DNA of 64,000 nt, taken from Thermoproteota archaeon (lineage in GTDB: Archaea > Thermoproteota > Thermoprotei > Gearchaeales > Gearchaeaceae). The translations under genes were made by a program, and so were the position numbers. Under the pieces are notes generated by a model. That model had not been told where the DNA came from and did no database searches. It saw only the letters and a list, made by a program, of their open reading frames with translations. Of the stretch, positions 59,715 through 64,000 are shown in pieces. The stretch spans positions 64,811 to 128,810 of the forward strand of contig JAJPJK010000004.1 in the NCBI GenBank assembly GCA_021324265.1. The letters are read 5' to 3'. The first letter of the stretch is position 1. Each line of letters starts with the position of its first letter.

Positions 59715-61181
59715 TTACTCTACTTTCCTAAGTAAATATAAGTACAATAAAAATGGAATTAAAGTCCAGCCTAATCCAGCAATGAACAGATTGGGTAAAG
59801 TAATACCATAATCGGCTGGATTTGCAGGAATACCAATCTGACTAATGATTATACCGTTTGAGGTATACATGTTAACTAGACTAAAGAATTCTAGTGGATT
59901 GAAGAAGTATGAATGTATCACCAAGTTAAAGTAGTCCTTTGTAAAGATACCTACACCCAATCCAAAGGATAAAATTGTAATAATTGCGTTCCAGAAAATA
60001 CCAAAAATTAACCAAATTACTATAGAAATTGCTAGCAATGAGCCGGTAGATTTCAATAGATTCGACAAGATAAACATAATGCTCAATATAGCGATTACAG
60101 GAACAAGAAAACCTACAAGGCTACTTATCCAAAGTGAAGCTGCAAAAGTCGAGCCTAGCTTTAAATACAGAAGCAAATCTGAAACGCCCAAAGATAACAA
60201 TATTGCAATCATTGTCATGATTACAATAGAAAAATATCTTGAAAGATTTAAAATGAGCTTAGTTATTGGAAGAGAATATATAAAATCTAATACATTATTT
60301 ATTTTATCTTTACCATATAAATTATATGCGCTTAATATTACCATCAATGGGATCAATAAGACCATAATGCCTGAAATGAAACTATAAGCAATATTCGTTG
60401 GGTCTGGTTGGGAGGATTGTATTTCTGTGTTAAAACTTACTGATCCAACGGTATTGTTGTTTGGGTCGCGTAACTCAACATCAACGGGCCCCCTAAACTT
60501 ATCGAGCTTGAAAATCTGGTAATAATTGTTTAAAGTCCCTAATTCGACAAACCCTGAGGTATTGGAGTTTCCGATATTTATTTGCCTAACGTACACTGCG
60601 TAGTTTAATGGTAGAGTACCGTTTTTTCCTACATAGAAAAGTAGAACATCTAGCCTAGAAGAATTCGAAGCGCTGATTACTTTCGCAATTGGATTGAGAA
60701 CAAAAGAACCCGTGTAGTTGATGACTTTTATTAAATCAGACCATGGATATGCAAGACCTGAAATGACGTTGATCGTGGATGAACCAGAGGAAACGTCTAG
60801 GCTTAGAAATCCAACTGCTTTATCTTTCGGTACTTCAAAAAATGCTATCCCATTGTTATTTGTTTGATCAGTGACTGAATATATCGATGATGGAGTTGCA
60901 GTATTCGAGGAATTCAAATTCAAAACGTTTAGTTTAACCTGTATATTCGGTAAAGGATCTCCATACATGTTATAAACAAAAACCATGACCTCATAATTCG
61001 AATCTTTAACATAGACTGCATAACTGAAAGAAGTTGAGGAGGCAATCGCAGGAGGATTCAAAAATGAAATTATAGAACCGCCCAATAATATGATTATCAC
61101 AGTTATTATGATGATACTCTTGCTAGTAAGTGCTCTCTTGAAATCGTAGAAAAACTGATTAAATATTGTGCTTTTAGGCAT
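59715..61181 (-). CDS. ABC-2 type permease with a large extracellular insert
   Basis: YDFKRAL + TM1, long polar loop, then YGKDK.NNVL....SLPI and further TMs. Confidence 0.8.
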   Translation of the reverse strand: MPKSTIFNQFFYDFKRALTSKSIIIITVIIILLGGSIISFLNPPAIASSTSFSYAVYVKDSNYEVMVFVYNMYGDPLPNIQVKLNVLNLNSSNTATPSSIYSVTDQTNNNGIAFFEVPKDKAVGFLSLDVSSGSSTINVISGLAYPWSDLIKVINYTGSFVLNPIAKVISASNSSRLDVLLFYVGKNGTLPLNYAVYVRQINIGNSNTSGFVELGTLNNYYQIFKLDKFRGPVDVELRDPNNNTVGSVSFNTEIQSSQPDPTNIAYSFISGIMVLLIPLMVILSAYNLYGKDKINNVLDFIYSLPITKLILNLSRYFSIVIMTMIAILLSLGVSDLLLYLKLGSTFAASLWISSLVGFLVPVIAILSIMFILSNLLKSTGSLLAISIVIWLIFGIFWNAIITILSFGLGVGIFTKDYFNLVIHSYFFNPLEFFSLVNMYTSNGIIISQIGIPANPADYGITLPNLFIAGLGWTLIPFLLYLYLLRKVE

Positions 61182-62082
61182 TTTTTTCGCCTACTAAAGA
61201 TAAGAAATAGTCCTCAAGACCTGTCTTCTCATAATTAAAGCTCTCGATCAAATAACCTTGCTTGGCTAGTTCGCTATTTACAGCAGAAGGTTCACCATTG
61301 AAATTCCTAACAGTCACCACATTCCCCGCTACGCTGACCTCACCATAGCTTTTCAGTATATCGTATACTTTACCATCCAAGTTCCTTATCGTAATTTTAA
61401 GTGTTTTTGAACCTAAGCCCTGTAGTTCTGAAGCATTCATGATTTTTATTATCTTCCCCTTATGAATAATAACGATTCTATCAGCGAGATTCTCCACCTC
61501 CGAAAGAATATGAGAAGAGAATAGTATAGACTTGCCTTTTTTCTTAAAATCTATGGCAAGGCTTCTAAAGAAATGCATGCCAGCGGGATCAAGGCCATTT
61601 AAAACCTCATCGAAAAGATAATTATTTGGATCTGCAAGCATCGCTGCTGCGAGTGCAAATCTTTTTCTCATACCTTGAGAAAAAGTTCTTATCTTTCTAT
61701 CTGCCATGCCTTCCAAACCAACTTCTCTTAATAATTCCGAAGATCTTTTTTCAGCTTCTAAACCTGTAATTCCATGAAAGCCCGCGAAATACTTAAGTAA
61801 AGACAAAGCTTTAGCATTGGGTTCGAAAATAGGTATCTCAGGTAGCCAGCCCACTCTTTTAGAGGCCTCTATCTTATCTTTTACTATATCATGACCATCT
61901 ATTAGTACCGTGCCTTCGTTAGGTAACAAAACTCCACATGAAATTTTTATAGTGGTGGTTTTGCCTGCGCCATTTAAACCTACAAAACCTACAATCTCAC
62001 CATTTCTTACATCAAAACTAACATCCTTAACACCAATAACCTTTCCTCCGTAGATCTTAGTAATGCCCTTTATTTCTAACAC
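61174..62082 (-). CDS. ABC-2 type ATP-binding protein
   Basis: GLNGAGKTT, FSQGM, FDEVLNGLD, SSH. Confidence 0.92.
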   Translation of the reverse strand: MLEIKGITKIYGGKVIGVKDVSFDVRNGEIVGFVGLNGAGKTTTIKISCGVLLPNEGTVLIDGHDIVKDKIEASKRVGWLPEIPIFEPNAKALSLLKYFAGFHGITGLEAEKRSSELLREVGLEGMADRKIRTFSQGMRKRFALAAAMLADPNNYLFDEVLNGLDPAGMHFFRSLAIDFKKKGKSILFSSHILSEVENLADRIVIIHKGKIIKIMNASELQGLGSKTLKITIRNLDGKVYDILKSYGEVSVAGNVVTVRNFNGEPSAVNSELAKQGYLIESFNYEKTGLEDYFLSLVGEKNA

Positions 62083-62117
62083 AACTTTATTGCGCCATTC
62101 CTTTTATAAAAAATTGA

Positions 62118-62696
62118 CTAAAATAAGCCCTTAATTCCATCGATGATAAACTCGATAGCTATTGCTGCAGTGAATATTGCCATAATTTTTGTCACGACAA
62201 GGGAACCTACTTTGCCTAGAACCATATAGATCTCATTTATTAGCCTAAAAACCAATGCTGTGAATAAAAGCGCAGTAACAGCTGATGCAAGACCTACTAA
62301 GATGCCATATGTTTGAAGAGAGATCATCAATACTGTTATAGCGCCTGGACCAACCAATAGTGGAAATGCTAAAGGCACAGCACCCACTTCAATACCCTTA
62401 ACAGATTCAAATCCTCTTAATAAAATCTCAAAGGATAGAATTAGCAATAGTAATCCGCCAGCGATACTGAAGCTTGCCAAAGAAATAGCAAAGAGATTCA
62501 AGAGTTGCTGTCCAAGTAAGGCGAAAACTATCAGTATTGCAGATGCGGTATAAAGTGTTAAGTTGAGCACATGCTTCTGCTCATCTTTACTCATCTCAGA
62601 TGTTAAAGAGATAATGATTGGAATAAGACCTACAGGATCCATAACTACAATCAGTGCTACCAATGATTTGATGAAGCCTTCTAGTAAGAACTCCAT
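62118..62696 (-). CDS. marC: MarC family membrane protein
   Basis: MDPVG, AGGLLL, VPLAFPLLVGPG. Confidence 0.9.
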   Translation of the reverse strand: MEFLLEGFIKSLVALIVVMDPVGLIPIIISLTSEMSKDEQKHVLNLTLYTASAILIVFALLGQQLLNLFAISLASFSIAGGLLLLILSFEILLRGFESVKGIEVGAVPLAFPLLVGPGAITVLMISLQTYGILVGLASAVTALLFTALVFRLINEIYMVLGKVGSLVVTKIMAIFTAAIAIEFIIDGIKGLF

Positions 62697-62740
62697 AGAA
62701 TGCTCCCATTTTTTTAAATTATAAATTTTTGGCTTTCTTA

Positions 62741-63892
62741 TCAGAAAGATATCCTAGCTTCAAGTTTCCAATCTGATCTATTCCCGATGGAGCTTAGAAA
62801 ATTATTAAGCAAGTCATCAGGCAATTCACGCATAAACGCTACGATGTGCTTGCATAACAAGAATTCATTAGCTTCGACGTTTTTTATCCAATCCTGACAC
62901 TCGTGCTTTATTGTTTTATTTTCGAAATCTATTTCTATAAAATAACCTGATACCCATGCACGCCATCTCGAACTACTAAGCTCTAAAACATTAATCTCTT
63001 TCTTATCAATCGCCATTGCCCTCTCAAATCTAGATTCCGTCGTGAACTTTTTCAGTTCTTGGAGTGCTTCTCCTTTCTTTTCTGCAAAACCAAGTAAACC
63101 TTTGTATTCAGTCTTAATAGAAGAAGAGAGCTTATTTAGCATATCTTCTTGCTCTTTTTTTGTCATCCCTAGTTTTTTAAGTAATTGAAGAGCATTAGTA
63201 ACTGCAAATGCTCTGTAATGATTGTTGAAATAAACATAAACGCCTTTACACTTTTTAGCGGTATCTAAGATTTTCGAAGACCAATCTTCGATCTCCTCCT
63301 CTTTGTATAGATAATTATACCAAATGCTTTTGCCTCTTCCATGAAATCTAAAAATAGAATAAGAACTCGTCACATGGACTTCGCCTGGCAACAAAGGCTC
63401 GTCGACTATAGTATATGCTACGTTATAACGTTCGAGCAAGCTAAAAACTCCTTTATCTATCCAGCTTGGATCTCTGAATTCAATGGCCCAATTATAGGAT
63501 GTATTTAGATTTTGTAAAAAGTCCTCGAGTCTCTCAAGATGCCTTTCCTTTCTAAAATAAGGAGGTAACTGAATCAACAATAGACCCAGCTTTGTTTTTA
63601 AGGGTTCGATGGAGTCTAGAAATCTGTTCAGATCTAAAAGCGATTCGCTACTAAGCTTCTTTTCATGTGTTATTATCTTTGGTATTTTCAAAGAGAAAAT
63701 GAAATTTTCAGGAGTATTTTTGACCCAGGATTGAACAACAAAATTTGAAGGGAATGAATAAAACGTAGAATCTACTTCAACGGTATCGAAATACCTCGAA
63801 TAAAACTTCAGTTTTTCCTTCTCGTTAAGAGGATAAAAGAGGCCTTCCCATGCCTCATACGACCATCCTGAACTTCCAACCCTTACATTCAT
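62741..63892 (-). CDS. DUF72 family protein with a C-terminal SWIM-like zinc finger
   Basis: GSSGWSY, VEVDSTFY, ITHEK, QLPP, EFRD, RFHGR, YFNNH; tail HECQDW...CKH. Confidence 0.88.
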   Translation of the reverse strand: MNVRVGSSGWSYEAWEGLFYPLNEKEKLKFYSRYFDTVEVDSTFYSFPSNFVVQSWVKNTPENFIFSLKIPKIITHEKKLSSESLLDLNRFLDSIEPLKTKLGLLLIQLPPYFRKERHLERLEDFLQNLNTSYNWAIEFRDPSWIDKGVFSLLERYNVAYTIVDEPLLPGEVHVTSSYSIFRFHGRGKSIWYNYLYKEEEIEDWSSKILDTAKKCKGVYVYFNNHYRAFAVTNALQLLKKLGMTKKEQEDMLNKLSSSIKTEYKGLLGFAEKKGEALQELKKFTTESRFERAMAIDKKEINVLELSSSRWRAWVSGYFIEIDFENKTIKHECQDWIKNVEANEFLLCKHIVAFMRELPDDLLNNFLSSIGNRSDWKLEARISF

Positions 63893-64000
63893 CAATAATA
63901 ATAAAGGCTTCTATCCTCAAATTTGTTCAAAAACAAGAGTTCATTCGCTCTCGCATCATAAAGCCTGTTATCATCGAGTGATAGATAAACCTCTCTAAGG
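63892..64000 (-). CDS. C-terminal end of an unidentified upstream gene (partial)
   Basis: Open frame LREVYLSLDDNRLYDARANELLFLNKFEDRSLYYY*; its TGA overlaps the DUF72 ATG (TGATG). Confidence 0.6.
   Translation of the reverse strand, partial: LREVYLSLDDNRLYDARANELLFLNKFEDRSLYYY

Noticed and set aside
211-60387. Many antisense or nested ORFs of 60-190 aa in the ORF track (e.g. 211-621, 19387-19836, 23457-23924, 25558-26121)
   Set aside because: They lie opposite or inside well-supported genes, have the Ser/Ile/Phe-rich composition of shadow frames, and show no motifs
1-64000. CRISPR array, tRNA, rRNA, IS elements
   Set aside because: No periodic repeats, GC-rich structured RNA segments or transposase ORFs seen; intergenic gaps are mostly under 200 bp and AT-rich

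Overview
A gene-dense, AT-rich archaeal chromosomal segment. Markers are gatE, a TIP49/RuvBL AAA+ helicase, a Clp1/Grc3-type kinase, an aconitase X pair, and TATA boxes about 25 bp before many apparently leaderless starts. The gene mix suggests an aerobic, heterotrophic, probably thermophilic member of the TACK group; this is inference only. I saw no rRNA, tRNA, CRISPR array, integrase or transposase. About 58 CDSs are present, mostly transport, amino acid/fatty acid catabolism and a six-gene 4-hydroxyphenylacetate (hpa) degradation cluster. Three genes are each broken by one missing base in a short homopolymer, probably assembly errors. The best candidates for undescribed biology are: a stand-alone wHTH-fused LigD-type primase-polymerase; a DUF72 protein with a SWIM-like tail; an intact acyl-CoA ligase homologue that has lost its catalytic motifs, divergent from an atypical crotonase; a signal-less, Cys-rich BtuF-fold protein paired with a small membrane protein; a tatD-comA(HSA32-like)-flavoprotein reductase unit; and a surface protein with two His/Met-bearing repeats. 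All family calls come from motif recognition by eye, not from database searches.
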